Shown here in pieces: positions 26,603 through 35,585 of a stretch of 64,000 nucleotides of DNA. Location: positions 3,930 through 67,929 of the forward strand of contig CAZQQI010000007.1 of assembly GCA_964595465.1 (NCBI GenBank), in the 5' to 3' direction. This DNA comes from an uncultured Planctomycetales bacterium. Its GTDB lineage: Bacteria; Omnitrophota; Gorgyraeia; Zapsychrales; JANLHA01. Under the pieces are notes generated by a model that did not search any database, was not told the origin of the DNA, and saw nothing but the letters and a program-made list of their open reading frames with translations. The position numbers were made by a program, and so were the translations under genes. How positions within the stretch are numbered: position 1 is the first letter of the stretch; every line of letters begins with the position of its first letter.

Positions 26603-28120
26603 ATGAGAAAAGGGTACTTAGCGATAGATATTTACGGGCCCGGGTTGAGATGGGTCTTTGCCGAACCGAAGGGGCGTTCTCTGCGGATTGTCCGCAGCGG
26701 CGTTTGTCCGGCTCCGCAGGGATTTCTTCAGCCCGGTGCCCTGCGCACTGTTCTGGTCGATCTTTTCCGTGAAGAAGAGATCGCGGTTAAGAGGATCTTT
26801 GTGTCCTATTCGGATCCGGATACCCTGATCCATAAAGCCGTCTTTCCTAAAATGACGCAGGCCGAGCTGAAAGAAGCTGTTACGGCGGAGATTGAACGGG
26901 TCCCATCCTTTGAAGACCGGCCGTTTGATTTCGTTTTTACCCGCCGCCCGTTGCCGGATGATAAAGAACAAATCATTTTCGCGGCGGTTTTGCAGGAATC
27001 CCTGGACCGGATTATGGATGAGATCCGGGAGACAGGTATTCCCGCTGATCATTTGGAATTGGCACCTATTCATTTGGATAAGGTCTTCTCTCTCATACAG
27101 AGGCCGGATGTCCCTGAAAAGTCACAATCGGAGTTGTCTTCCGGCGTTGAGGCGGTCATCGTGGTCCATGAACAGGCATCTTCGGTTCTGTTGAGTGAGG
27201 ACGGACACATTGAAGAATTTTTCCGCTCTTCGGCCGGGATGCATCAGATCAAAAAGGGCACGGACCCGTCCGGCATTGTCAAGCAATGGACATCGGAATT
27301 TGTCCGTATGATGCGCTCTTATGAAGAGGTGCATGGCGGAAAACGTGTTCAGCGGGTTTGGCTGGTTTGGGATAAAACACGCTTGGAAGATCTGCCGCGG
27401 GCCTTTGAGCGTGCCATGCCCATTGAGATTATTGAGCCTAAATTGGAATGGATTTCCCGTCTCGAAACGGCGGGTGAGTCGGATAATCCTCTGAACCTTG
27501 TCGCTTTGACACCGCTGATTTGCGCCTGGAAAAAGATGCGGACACGTGTATCTCTTCAGCATTTCTTCCGCCGGATGCAGACCCGCAAAACGATTTTGAC
27601 TGCCGCTGTGATCACCGCGGTTCTGATCGCGGGGATGAGTCTGGGGCTGAAAATGTATACCCAGCAGTTGACCAATAAAGTTGAACGTGTCAAACAGGCT
27701 TCCCAGATCGAAATGTTGGAAATCAAGGGTCTGAAGAAAGAGGCTCAGGAATTGTACGCGGAACAAAAAGAATTTTTAGAGAATCAACAGCGCCTTCTGG
27801 AACAGGCTATGTTTGTGCGTGCTCTTAACCGGGTGAGCTGGGCCCAGGTCCTGTCGGAATACGCGCGTGAGATGCCGGAAGATCTGGCGCTGACGCATTT
27901 TCGGTTTGCTGATGACGGCAAGGCCACCATTAAAGGACAGAGTTTCGATATGGATTCGGTCGCGGAGATGATCCGCCGCATTGAGGATTCCGATATTCTC
28001 GAGAACGGCATGTTTGACTTTTTAAAAGAACGCACGATCCGTGATCAACAACTCTATGAGTTCGGCATTGTCGCGCGTTTGAAGAGACAGAAAGAGGTTC
28101 CGGAGAGTGAGTATGAATAA
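26603..28120 (+). CDS. Fused PilM-PilN alignment protein
   Basis: Actin-like PilM N-part (LAIDI; FPKMTQAELKEAV), then TM, coiled coil and a PilN domain (SWAQVLSE...MPEDLALT...IKGQS). Confidence 0.75.
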   Translation: MRKGYLAIDIYGPGLRWVFAEPKGRSLRIVRSGVCPAPQGFLQPGALRTVLVDLFREEEIAVKRIFVSYSDPDTLIHKAVFPKMTQAELKEAVTAEIERVPSFEDRPFDFVFTRRPLPDDKEQIIFAAVLQESLDRIMDEIRETGIPADHLELAPIHLDKVFSLIQRPDVPEKSQSELSSGVEAVIVVHEQASSVLLSEDGHIEEFFRSSAGMHQIKKGTDPSGIVKQWTSEFVRMMRSYEEVHGGKRVQRVWLVWDKTRLEDLPRAFERAMPIEIIEPKLEWISRLETAGESDNPLNLVALTPLICAWKKMRTRVSLQHFFRRMQTRKTILTAAVITAVLIAGMSLGLKMYTQQLTNKVERVKQASQIEMLEIKGLKKEAQELYAEQKEFLENQQRLLEQAMFVRALNRVSWAQVLSEYAREMPEDLALTHFRFADDGKATIKGQSFDMDSVAEMIRRIEDSDILENGMFDFLKERTIRDQQLYEFGIVARLKRQKEVPESEYE

Positions 28121-28742
28121 ATCGCGTATTATCATAGCCGCTGTTGTTTTGTGTCTTGCCTTTGCCGGCGTGTGTGTTTATATCGGCTGGCAAAGCTATC
28201 GATCCTTTTATCAACTGCAGGTGGATCGGCAGGCGCATGAGAATCGCATTGTCAAATTGAAAAAAGATATCCGCGAGATTAAATCTTTTATCAAACGGTA
28301 TAAGCGCGATAACGAAGAATTTCAGAAATTTTTATTCAAAGAAAAAGATGTCCCGGAATTCCTGGAGGGAGTCTCTCAGTTTGCCGGTAAGGCGGGAGTC
28401 GATATTATCGATATGAAAACTCAGAAGTTTGAAGAAGTCCGCTCCGCGTATGTGAAGCAGGCGCAGTCCCCTGTGGTCCAACGGCGAATGCGGAAGCGCG
28501 TCGGGGAGGACAGCCAAAAGCAGAGAATGGAGGAATTTACCCTGGCGGCTATGCCGGTCCACATTACGGTTAAGGGAGAGTTTGAAGCGTTCGTGTATTT
28601 TCTGAGTTATTTGGAAAAATTCAAACAATTGATCACGGTCAACGCTGTTGAGATCGCATCCGGTACGGATTACCCGGTTTTACGGTATTCGTTCACCGTG
28701 AAGATCTACAGCTTGAAGACTGTGGAAGATCTTATGGAATGA
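28107..28742 (+). CDS. pilO: PilO-like protein
   Basis: N-terminal TM, coiled coil, DVPEFLEGV, MPVHITVKGEFEAFVYFL..LE...QLITV. Confidence 0.75.
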   Translation: MSMNKSRIIIAAVVLCLAFAGVCVYIGWQSYRSFYQLQVDRQAHENRIVKLKKDIREIKSFIKRYKRDNEEFQKFLFKEKDVPEFLEGVSQFAGKAGVDIIDMKTQKFEEVRSAYVKQAQSPVVQRRMRKRVGEDSQKQRMEEFTLAAMPVHITVKGEFEAFVYFLSYLEKFKQLITVNAVEIASGTDYPVLRYSFTVKIYSLKTVEDLME

Positions 28743-28746
28743 TGAT

Positions 28747-29199
28747 ATGAAACGGAAATTTATTTTTATGATGATCGTTGTCCTGTTCGCAGGCTGCGGT
28801 TATATGGATGCGGGTGAGGACAGGCCTGCGGCATTAGAACAGGAAGACCAGCGCGTTGTTGAACGGATCGAAGATCCCCGGCTGGCCAAGCTGATTTTGA
28901 CGCCGAAAGAGTATAGGGTTGATATTTCCCGTGACCCTTTTAAGCCGCTGATCAGCCGTGAGAAAAATATGGAAAAAAAGAGTGACCCCCAGAGCGAGGC
29001 TATTGAACGGATGGAGTATTTAGGGAGTGTTCAATTCGGAGATGATGTTCAGGCCTTACTCAAGAGTCAAACTCAAACGGGTGTCTATCGTTCGGGCGAT
29101 GTGATCGGCCCATATACAATTGATTCTATTAAGGTGGATGAAATCCGGTTTTCTCATCGCGATTCCGGGGAAGCCGTTGTCTTAAAAAGGAGAGAATGA
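28747..29199 (+). CDS. pilP: PilP-like lipoprotein
   Basis: Lipobox FAGC; RDPFKP motif; position between pilO and the secretin. Confidence 0.7.
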   Translation: MKRKFIFMMIVVLFAGCGYMDAGEDRPAALEQEDQRVVERIEDPRLAKLILTPKEYRVDISRDPFKPLISREKNMEKKSDPQSEAIERMEYLGSVQFGDDVQALLKSQTQTGVYRSGDVIGPYTIDSIKVDEIRFSHRDSGEAVVLKRRE

Positions 29200-29200
29200 T

Positions 29201-30805
29201 ATGTGTTATAAATTTAAGTGTTTGGTCATGATGGCCGTGATCAGTTTTATATGCCCGCCGGGAATGGCAGCAGCTCAGAATTTTGCTTCGACGGCTCAGG
29301 AGCAGAGTTCTGAATCCGGCGATGTGCTGGCTCAGCTGGAGAATATGGAGACGATGATCACGGAGCAGGAACAGCAGGTCGAGCAGCTGAAAACCCGGGA
29401 TATTCCTAAGGATGATGTCGCGCCAGCGGCTGTGGTGGAGCGGGAGATGAGTATGGAGGAACAGCAGGCTTATTGGCAGCAGGACGTTGCTGATCAGAGT
29501 ATTCCGGATATCAAGAAACGTCTCAGGATCGATGCGGCTTTTCGGGAGGCCAAGGAATTCATGAAGCAGGTCGACCAGGATTTGGAAAATGTTCCGCAGC
29601 GTGTCGAAAAAGACGTTATTTACGAAATTAAGACCCCGGAAGAGATCATTCGTGGTGTGATCCCGGAAGAGGTCGCCGGCCGTGAGATCGATCTGGATTT
29701 TGACGAGACCCCGCTGGAAGATGTTTTAATGACGTTAGGGGCCAGTGCCGAGGTGAATATCATGCTTGATCCGTCTTTACGCGGAAAAACGCTGGATCTT
29801 CATCTGAAATCTGTGACCGTTGAGCATGCTTTGCTGCTTATCGCCCAGCCGTTTGATCTGGGGTTTAAGCAGATCGGGAATTCCCTGCTGGTCACCGAAC
29901 GTCAAAAATTGCGGAATGAGACTCTTGAATCCAAGGTCTTCACCCTGCGCAATATCAGCGCGGACCAGGTCGAGATCCTGGTGCGGGATATGGTCGAGAC
30001 GGTCAATATTAGTCCGGACATTAACAGCCTTCTGGTCATGGGGTCTCCCCAGGAGATCCGCAAGGTCGAACGAATCATAAAAGAGGTCGATAAGCCTCAG
30101 CTGCAGGTTATTCTTGAGGCTAAGATCGTAGAGGTCGACAAGGGGGCGTTAAAACAATTGGGCGTGGATTGGTCAGATTCGATCTCGCTTTCGTATCAGG
30201 AAAGCGGCCGCCCCAATGAGTTTGATACGACAGAAGATGCCCCGGATAATCCCTTTAAGATCTTTCAGCTTTCACGCAGCGCTTTGCAGTTTGATACGGT
30301 CTTAAAAATGCTGGAGACGCAGGATAAGGCAAAAGTTTTGTCTAATCCTCGGGTGGCGACTATGAACGACCGTCAGGCGGAGATATTTGTCGGAGACCGC
30401 ATTCCGTATACGGTCACGACCGTGTCCGGGGGAGTCGCGACCACAGATGTCCGTTTTGAAGAGCCCGGGATCCGCTTGCAGATCACCCCTTCGATCATCG
30501 ACGAGGATTTTGTTGTCATTAAGGTCGAACCGGAAGTGAGTTACATTTTTTCATTCCGGGGAGATGCCGATGAATATCCCTGGACCAAAAAGCGCAGCGC
30601 GACGGCATATGTGAGGGTGAAGAACAATCAGCCGTTTGTCATGGGCGGACTGTTAAGCCAGCAGGATAAAGAGACGTTATACAAGGTGCCGTTTTTGGGA
30701 GATATTCCGCTCATCGGCAATTTGTTTAATTATGATGACAGAACCCTGGAAGATGTTGAATTGATCATTACCGTCGTTCCCAAGATCGTCCGGGGAGAAG
30801 AATAG
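29201..30805 (+). CDS. pilQ: Secretin (PilQ/GspD)
   Basis: QVILEAKIVEV, AKVLSNPRV, GIRLQITP, KVPFLGDIPLIGNLF. Confidence 0.9.
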   Translation: MCYKFKCLVMMAVISFICPPGMAAAQNFASTAQEQSSESGDVLAQLENMETMITEQEQQVEQLKTRDIPKDDVAPAAVVEREMSMEEQQAYWQQDVADQSIPDIKKRLRIDAAFREAKEFMKQVDQDLENVPQRVEKDVIYEIKTPEEIIRGVIPEEVAGREIDLDFDETPLEDVLMTLGASAEVNIMLDPSLRGKTLDLHLKSVTVEHALLLIAQPFDLGFKQIGNSLLVTERQKLRNETLESKVFTLRNISADQVEILVRDMVETVNISPDINSLLVMGSPQEIRKVERIIKEVDKPQLQVILEAKIVEVDKGALKQLGVDWSDSISLSYQESGRPNEFDTTEDAPDNPFKIFQLSRSALQFDTVLKMLETQDKAKVLSNPRVATMNDRQAEIFVGDRIPYTVTTVSGGVATTDVRFEEPGIRLQITPSIIDEDFVVIKVEPEVSYIFSFRGDADEYPWTKKRSATAYVRVKNNQPFVMGGLLSQQDKETLYKVPFLGDIPLIGNLFNYDDRTLEDVELIITVVPKIVRGEE

Positions 30806-30833
30806 TATTTTTCCGATCCAGCAATATTCTTCA

Positions 30834-30861
30834 GGCCCCGTCAGCGATGGCGGGGTTTTTT
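30834..30861 (+). terminator. Terminator-like hairpin between pilQ and the minor pilins
   Basis: GGCCCCGTCA-GCGA-TGGCGGGGTT followed by a T-run. Confidence 0.6.
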
Positions 30862-30876
30862 CTTAAAGAGGAGATC

Positions 30877-33138
30877 ATGCGCAATTTTTCAAAGGAACAA
30901 GGGCGTCAGGGATTTTCGCTGGTCGATGTTTTGGTCGGGACAGTGATCCTGTTCACTGTGGCGGGGTTCGGGCTGACGGCCAGCCGGGCGTTACGGTATT
31001 CTCATGAGATCGCCCGGAACAATCTCACCGCCACAAATCTTCTTCAGCAAAGCCAGGAAGAACTGCGGTATGCCATTGGGATCGGGAACAATTATGATTC
31101 GATCCAAGCCTGTGATTTTCCGGCGCCGGGGGAAGACGCGGCCTGCGGATTAGAGGCCCATGATCCCGTTATTTTTCCGGGAATGGAGCGTCACTATGAG
31201 ATCGATTTTATTGCCGGCAGTACAGAGCTAAAAAAAGCTACGGTTTCTGTGCGCTGGCAGGGGGTAATGGGAAGTCCGCGCCAGGTTCAATCAGTGATGC
31301 TGCTGGCCCGTCCGCCGGATCCTTTGCCGGCGAATCTTTATGGTCTGGTGAGCAATGCTCTGACCGGCCGTCCAGTCCGCGGAGCGCGGATTGTCCTGAA
31401 TCATGAAAGACAGGATGTGGTGCCCCTTTCGAGTGTAACCAGTGCGGAAGAAGACGGTATCAATTATGATTTCAGTGATCCTTCGACCGGGATTTACCGG
31501 CTTGAGACAGGTTCCTGGAGCGTCGAAGTGACGCATCGGGATTATGAAACCTTCGGTCCGGTGAACATTGTGCCTCATTTGGTTAACAATGAGTCCCGTC
31601 GTTATGATATCGAACTTGATCCTAAGCCGCGCGCGTATCTGCGGGTTAACATTGTGGACTTGGCCGGAAGCCCTGTGACCCTGCATGATCGGGATACCAC
31701 GCTCAGGGCTTATCATGACGGAGGAATTTTAACAGATCATGCGTCTCAAAAATGTGAAGTGAGGGGAGGCGGATTGCGTTCTGTGGAGTGGGAGTTTACG
31801 GATGAGCAGATCTCCGGAGGAGAATTAGCTGTTACGGTGAACACTTCTGACGCTTATCAGTCTTTTTATGTGGGCGATTTTGACTGTGATTCATATGCCG
31901 GGACCAGCCTGTGTGCCGACGGGTGGTCGTCATCTTTTTCTGCCGGTCACAGCTGGAACGGAGGCGGGGACGGTGATACCGTCATCCTGCGTATCGGAGA
32001 AACCACAGAAGTGGATGTTCCTTTACGGCCTGTTCCGCAGGCTGTTGTTTACGGTCAGTTCACATTGTCCGGACAGCCATTAACGCGCAGCGCGGCTCTC
32101 TATATGAAGACCAGCAGGTGGGCTTCTATCCATAGTTACGCGTCGTCTCGCTGTGACCCCGCGCAGGGACATTTTCCTTGTAACGGGATACGCACTACGG
32201 CGACAGGGACCTACCGCCTGCCGGTCCCGGCTCTGCAGGAGTTTTTGCCGGATACCGCTACGCATCAGCTGCGTATTCAGGCCAGAGAGATCTGGGCGGA
32301 TGTCGAACAATGCTGTCAAACGGTCGAGCAGACCCGTCTTTATGATTCGTACCGTTATCTTGACGCAGATGGCGAGGGAAGCCGGTCTTTATTATCCGGA
32401 ACGATAGAACAATATAACACGGACAAGGTGCCTCCGCCGCCGTATGTCTGCGGCGATGTTGAAGGTGAGGTCTTTGATGATAAAACCGGTGATCCCATTG
32501 TCAGCGGGGCGGTTCAGCTTTCTTACGGGGGGCGAGAATCTACCGACGGATCCGGAGATTATGAATATGTCTGTCCGGACCCGATGTTTGATGAACAGGG
32601 TAACCAGACAGCCTTCCGCGTTAAAAAAGGGAATAACGCATTATATGCCTGGAAAGGCGGGTATTATTCTTATCGTATGCCGGGGAATCTTTGGTATGAC
32701 AGCGGATCGTCTTATTTATATGTGAAGGAAAATGAGCGGATCGATGCCGGGCGCATTGAACTGTGGCCGCGGGGATACGGCGACCTGAGAGTTACTGTTC
32801 TGGATGCCGATACGGCGGAGCCGTTAAACGGGATGACTGTGGATCTTTCGTATTACAGTAGTGCCGGTCCTGGTGATCCGTCAGCTTTGACAACGGATGA
32901 TGCCGGAAGCGTTCTGTTTTCGCGGGTTCTGGAGACCTGGCCGCCGGAGGATCTTCCGGAAACCGGATACAAGACCACGGTACGTCGGCACAGCGCGGCC
33001 GCGGAGGATCCGGCGGGAAGATATCTTCAGGTTAACCGCGATGCCCAAGACCGGCCGGTACCGTACCCGGTTTCTGTGATTGCGGACGGCCTGCAGACAC
33101 TGACAATACTTATGGAGGATACCGGTGGCGGGATGTGA
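30877..33138 (+). CDS. Large PilV-like minor pilin fused to carboxypeptidase-regulatory-like beta-sandwich repeats (adhesin-like)
   Basis: QG/FSLVDVLVG prepilin; LKKATVSVRW; repeats such as LYGLVSNALTGRPVRGARI, VEGEVFDDKTGDPI and LRVTVLDADTAEPL; ATG 30877 after GAGGAG. Confidence 0.75.
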   Translation: MRNFSKEQGRQGFSLVDVLVGTVILFTVAGFGLTASRALRYSHEIARNNLTATNLLQQSQEELRYAIGIGNNYDSIQACDFPAPGEDAACGLEAHDPVIFPGMERHYEIDFIAGSTELKKATVSVRWQGVMGSPRQVQSVMLLARPPDPLPANLYGLVSNALTGRPVRGARIVLNHERQDVVPLSSVTSAEEDGINYDFSDPSTGIYRLETGSWSVEVTHRDYETFGPVNIVPHLVNNESRRYDIELDPKPRAYLRVNIVDLAGSPVTLHDRDTTLRAYHDGGILTDHASQKCEVRGGGLRSVEWEFTDEQISGGELAVTVNTSDAYQSFYVGDFDCDSYAGTSLCADGWSSSFSAGHSWNGGGDGDTVILRIGETTEVDVPLRPVPQAVVYGQFTLSGQPLTRSAALYMKTSRWASIHSYASSRCDPAQGHFPCNGIRTTATGTYRLPVPALQEFLPDTATHQLRIQAREIWADVEQCCQTVEQTRLYDSYRYLDADGEGSRSLLSGTIEQYNTDKVPPPPYVCGDVEGEVFDDKTGDPIVSGAVQLSYGGRESTDGSGDYEYVCPDPMFDEQGNQTAFRVKKGNNALYAWKGGYYSYRMPGNLWYDSGSSYLYVKENERIDAGRIELWPRGYGDLRVTVLDADTAEPLNGMTVDLSYYSSAGPGDPSALTTDDAGSVLFSRVLETWPPEDLPETGYKTTVRRHSAAAEDPAGRYLQVNRDAQDRPVPYPVSVIADGLQTLTILMEDTGGGM

Positions 33139-33628
33139 GCAGATAAAATGTTATGCGGGCAAGGACTTGCGTCGCGGCTATAGTTTGATCGAAATGATCG
33201 TATCGATGATGATCTTTTCTACTCTTGCTGTGGTCGGGGGGATGGTGTTTTTTAGCAATGTGGTCATGTTTGATAAGCGGATGTCCAGTGCAGATCTTTG
33301 GCAGGAGGCCAATGTCTTTATTGAAGCGGTCACTGAAGATGTCCGGGAGGCCTCCCGTGTGGATGTTCCCAGCGGTTCGGACGATGTATTAATCGGGTAT
33401 GACCGTGATGGAAATCAGGCGTTCCGTTATGAAATTGCTGATGACGGCAAGGTCCGCGCTCTCTCGGGACCCTGGGGCGGCACGGTCTTTACCCGGCGTG
33501 CCGATAGCAGTAAGAGCGGGTTTGAACATTACGGCAATATGATCGATGTGAGCATAACGCTTATTGATCCGTCTTTTGTTAAAGATATAGCGGTCGCGAC
33601 CGGGACACGCATTGTTCTGAGGAATTAA
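33125..33628 (+). CDS. PilW-like minor pilin
   Basis: RG/YSLIEMIVSMMIF, DVREAS, C-terminal IVLRN. Confidence 0.75.
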   Translation: MAGCEQIKCYAGKDLRRGYSLIEMIVSMMIFSTLAVVGGMVFFSNVVMFDKRMSSADLWQEANVFIEAVTEDVREASRVDVPSGSDDVLIGYDRDGNQAFRYEIADDGKVRALSGPWGGTVFTRRADSSKSGFEHYGNMIDVSITLIDPSFVKDIAVATGTRIVLRN

Positions 33629-34936
33629 ATGAGAAAAAAAACACTGAAAATGCGCAGGTACAGGAACGGATCAAAAGGACAGGCCTTGCTGGGGGCGCTG
33701 TTTGTTATCATTATGGTCTTCGGCTACCTCACGGCGGCTGTGATCCGTTCCAACAGTGATATGCATCAGGCCGAATTTCGTAAATATTCACAAGAGGCTT
33801 TTTATGCTGCTGACTCAGGTGTACAGTGGGCTCTCTTTAATTTCCGTCGAGATCCGAGCTGGGGGTGGACGACCGAAAGCGGAGTGCAGACCTTTGATAT
33901 CAATGTCGCAGCAGAGAATTTCAGTTATCCGGTGGAGGATTGGGATTGCCGTGTCAGTGTGGATGACGGCGGCGCCTGGAGGGGGTGGACCAGAACACGG
34001 CTGGTGACGTCTGTCGGCAGGGATCCCGGTCGGAATGTGAACCGGACGGTCGTCGCACGTATCGTGGTCGAGAATCCTGCGCGCTTTCTGGTCTCGACGC
34101 TGGGGGATCTTATCCTGGAGAATGGAGCGGATATTCACGCACCAATTTTGGCCCAGAACATTATTTTTCGCGGACCGGATATTGATTTTATTGATCATGA
34201 CGTTTTGGGGATAGAGGCCAAGGCGTATTACTTTAATGCTGTTTTTGGTGCCGACAGCACTGGTACGCCGTATTATAGCGTTTCCGATGTTGAGGAGACC
34301 GATCCGATTGTCTTTTCATCTGTTGATGAACAATATTTCAGAACTCTCGCCAATGATGTCCGTTTAGGGGGGATGGTCGAATATTCTGCTTTGCCGGAAA
34401 AACATATGACTCTTCAGAATTATTCTGAAGGGTTTTCCGGTGAAGGGGCCGGTCTGATCTTCAGTGAAGGGGATGTCTATGTACAGGGAAGGTACGATCA
34501 TTCTATGATGGTTGTGGCAAAGGGGGATATCCATATAGCCGGCTCCCTGGATGCGCAGCTGCCGGATTCTGGTCCGGCTCCCCAATTAGCGCTTTTTTCC
34601 CGGGGGGATATTCTCATTGATGATGGGGCTGTTGATGCTGAAGGAAATTTAACAATAGAAGCAATGCTTGTCGCTGACGGTCAGGAAGATGGCGGGGACG
34701 GAAGGTCGTACGGGGGTGTGGTCCGTGCGCTGGCAGAGAATAATGTTTTTAATCATTTAAACTTTTTCGGGACCATTGCGGCCCGGGGGGAAGGGACGGA
34801 AGGCGACAGTTCGGCTGTAACGCTTTCGGCATTTCGCACTCGCAGTTATACGTTTAATCCCGCTTTGAGCCAGGACAACACCCTGCCGTTCAACATTCCG
34901 CATTTTGTCAATATTCTTTCCTGGGAACGGCAATGA
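33629..34936 (+). CDS. PilX/GspK-like minor pilin
   Basis: KG/QALLGAL lacking Glu5, QEAFYAADSGV, ends in SWERQ; last of the V-W-X set. Confidence 0.75.
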   Translation: MRKKTLKMRRYRNGSKGQALLGALFVIIMVFGYLTAAVIRSNSDMHQAEFRKYSQEAFYAADSGVQWALFNFRRDPSWGWTTESGVQTFDINVAAENFSYPVEDWDCRVSVDDGGAWRGWTRTRLVTSVGRDPGRNVNRTVVARIVVENPARFLVSTLGDLILENGADIHAPILAQNIIFRGPDIDFIDHDVLGIEAKAYYFNAVFGADSTGTPYYSVSDVEETDPIVFSSVDEQYFRTLANDVRLGGMVEYSALPEKHMTLQNYSEGFSGEGAGLIFSEGDVYVQGRYDHSMMVVAKGDIHIAGSLDAQLPDSGPAPQLALFSRGDILIDDGAVDAEGNLTIEAMLVADGQEDGGDGRSYGGVVRALAENNVFNHLNFFGTIAARGEGTEGDSSAVTLSAFRTRSYTFNPALSQDNTLPFNIPHFVNILSWERQ

Positions 34937-34960
34937 AAAGCTTTTCCTTGACGCATTGTA

Positions 34961-34995
34961 TATATTGACAAAAGCAACACATTGAATACAATATA
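34961..34995 (+). promoter_or_regulatory. Sigma70 promoter overlapped by an inverted repeat (candidate operator)
   Basis: TTGACA(34965)-N16-TACAAT(34987); TATATTG...CAATATA inverted repeat covers the -35 and -10. Confidence 0.55.
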
Positions 34996-35075
34996 AAAGT
35001 CATGTGTATATAGTTATATTTTTTTACAATGAATGCAGCGCAAGGTTAACAGAGCGTTAATCTGATCTCTCTCTT

Positions 35076-35516
35076 ATGATCGGCAGTAATCTTAAAAAAT
35101 TTCGACAGCAGAAAGGTTTGACTCAAAAAGATCTGGCCGATATTTTGGGTGTTTCCCGTCAGGCGGTCTGTCTTTGGGAGGCAGGTAAGCGTGAAGTCCG
35201 TGTGGGTTTTTTAAGTCTGCTGGCCGATATCTTAGGGATTACGGTCGATGAATTGGTCCGCTGCGGATCGGCCACAGGTTTTCAGTACTTGTCTGTTTCT
35301 GCTGTAGAGGTTGGCCTGGTTGGGGATTTTAATCATTGGGCGAAACCGTTGCCCTTGAAAAATGAAGGGAACGGTCTTTGGCGCATCACGCTCGATCTTA
35401 AACCCGGACGCTATGAATATAAATTTTATGTCGACGGAGAATGGTGCCTCGATCCGGAAAACGGCCAGACAGTCAGCAATCGTTACGGAACACAAAATTC
35501 TGTTGTGACGGTTTAG
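35076..35516 (+). CDS. XRE-family HTH regulator fused to a CBM48/AMPK-type glycogen-binding domain
   Basis: LKKFRQQKGLTQKDLADILGVSRQAVCLWEAG plus VGLVGDFNHW...GLWRITLDLKPGRYEYKFYVDGEW..DP.N...N.YGTQNSVV. Confidence 0.85.
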   Translation: MIGSNLKKFRQQKGLTQKDLADILGVSRQAVCLWEAGKREVRVGFLSLLADILGITVDELVRCGSATGFQYLSVSAVEVGLVGDFNHWAKPLPLKNEGNGLWRITLDLKPGRYEYKFYVDGEWCLDPENGQTVSNRYGTQNSVVTV

Positions 35517-35585
35517 TTTACGGCTGCAGGTCACTTAAATGGCGAATACGAAATGTTAAGCAGGGGACAAGAAAAGGAGAATACG

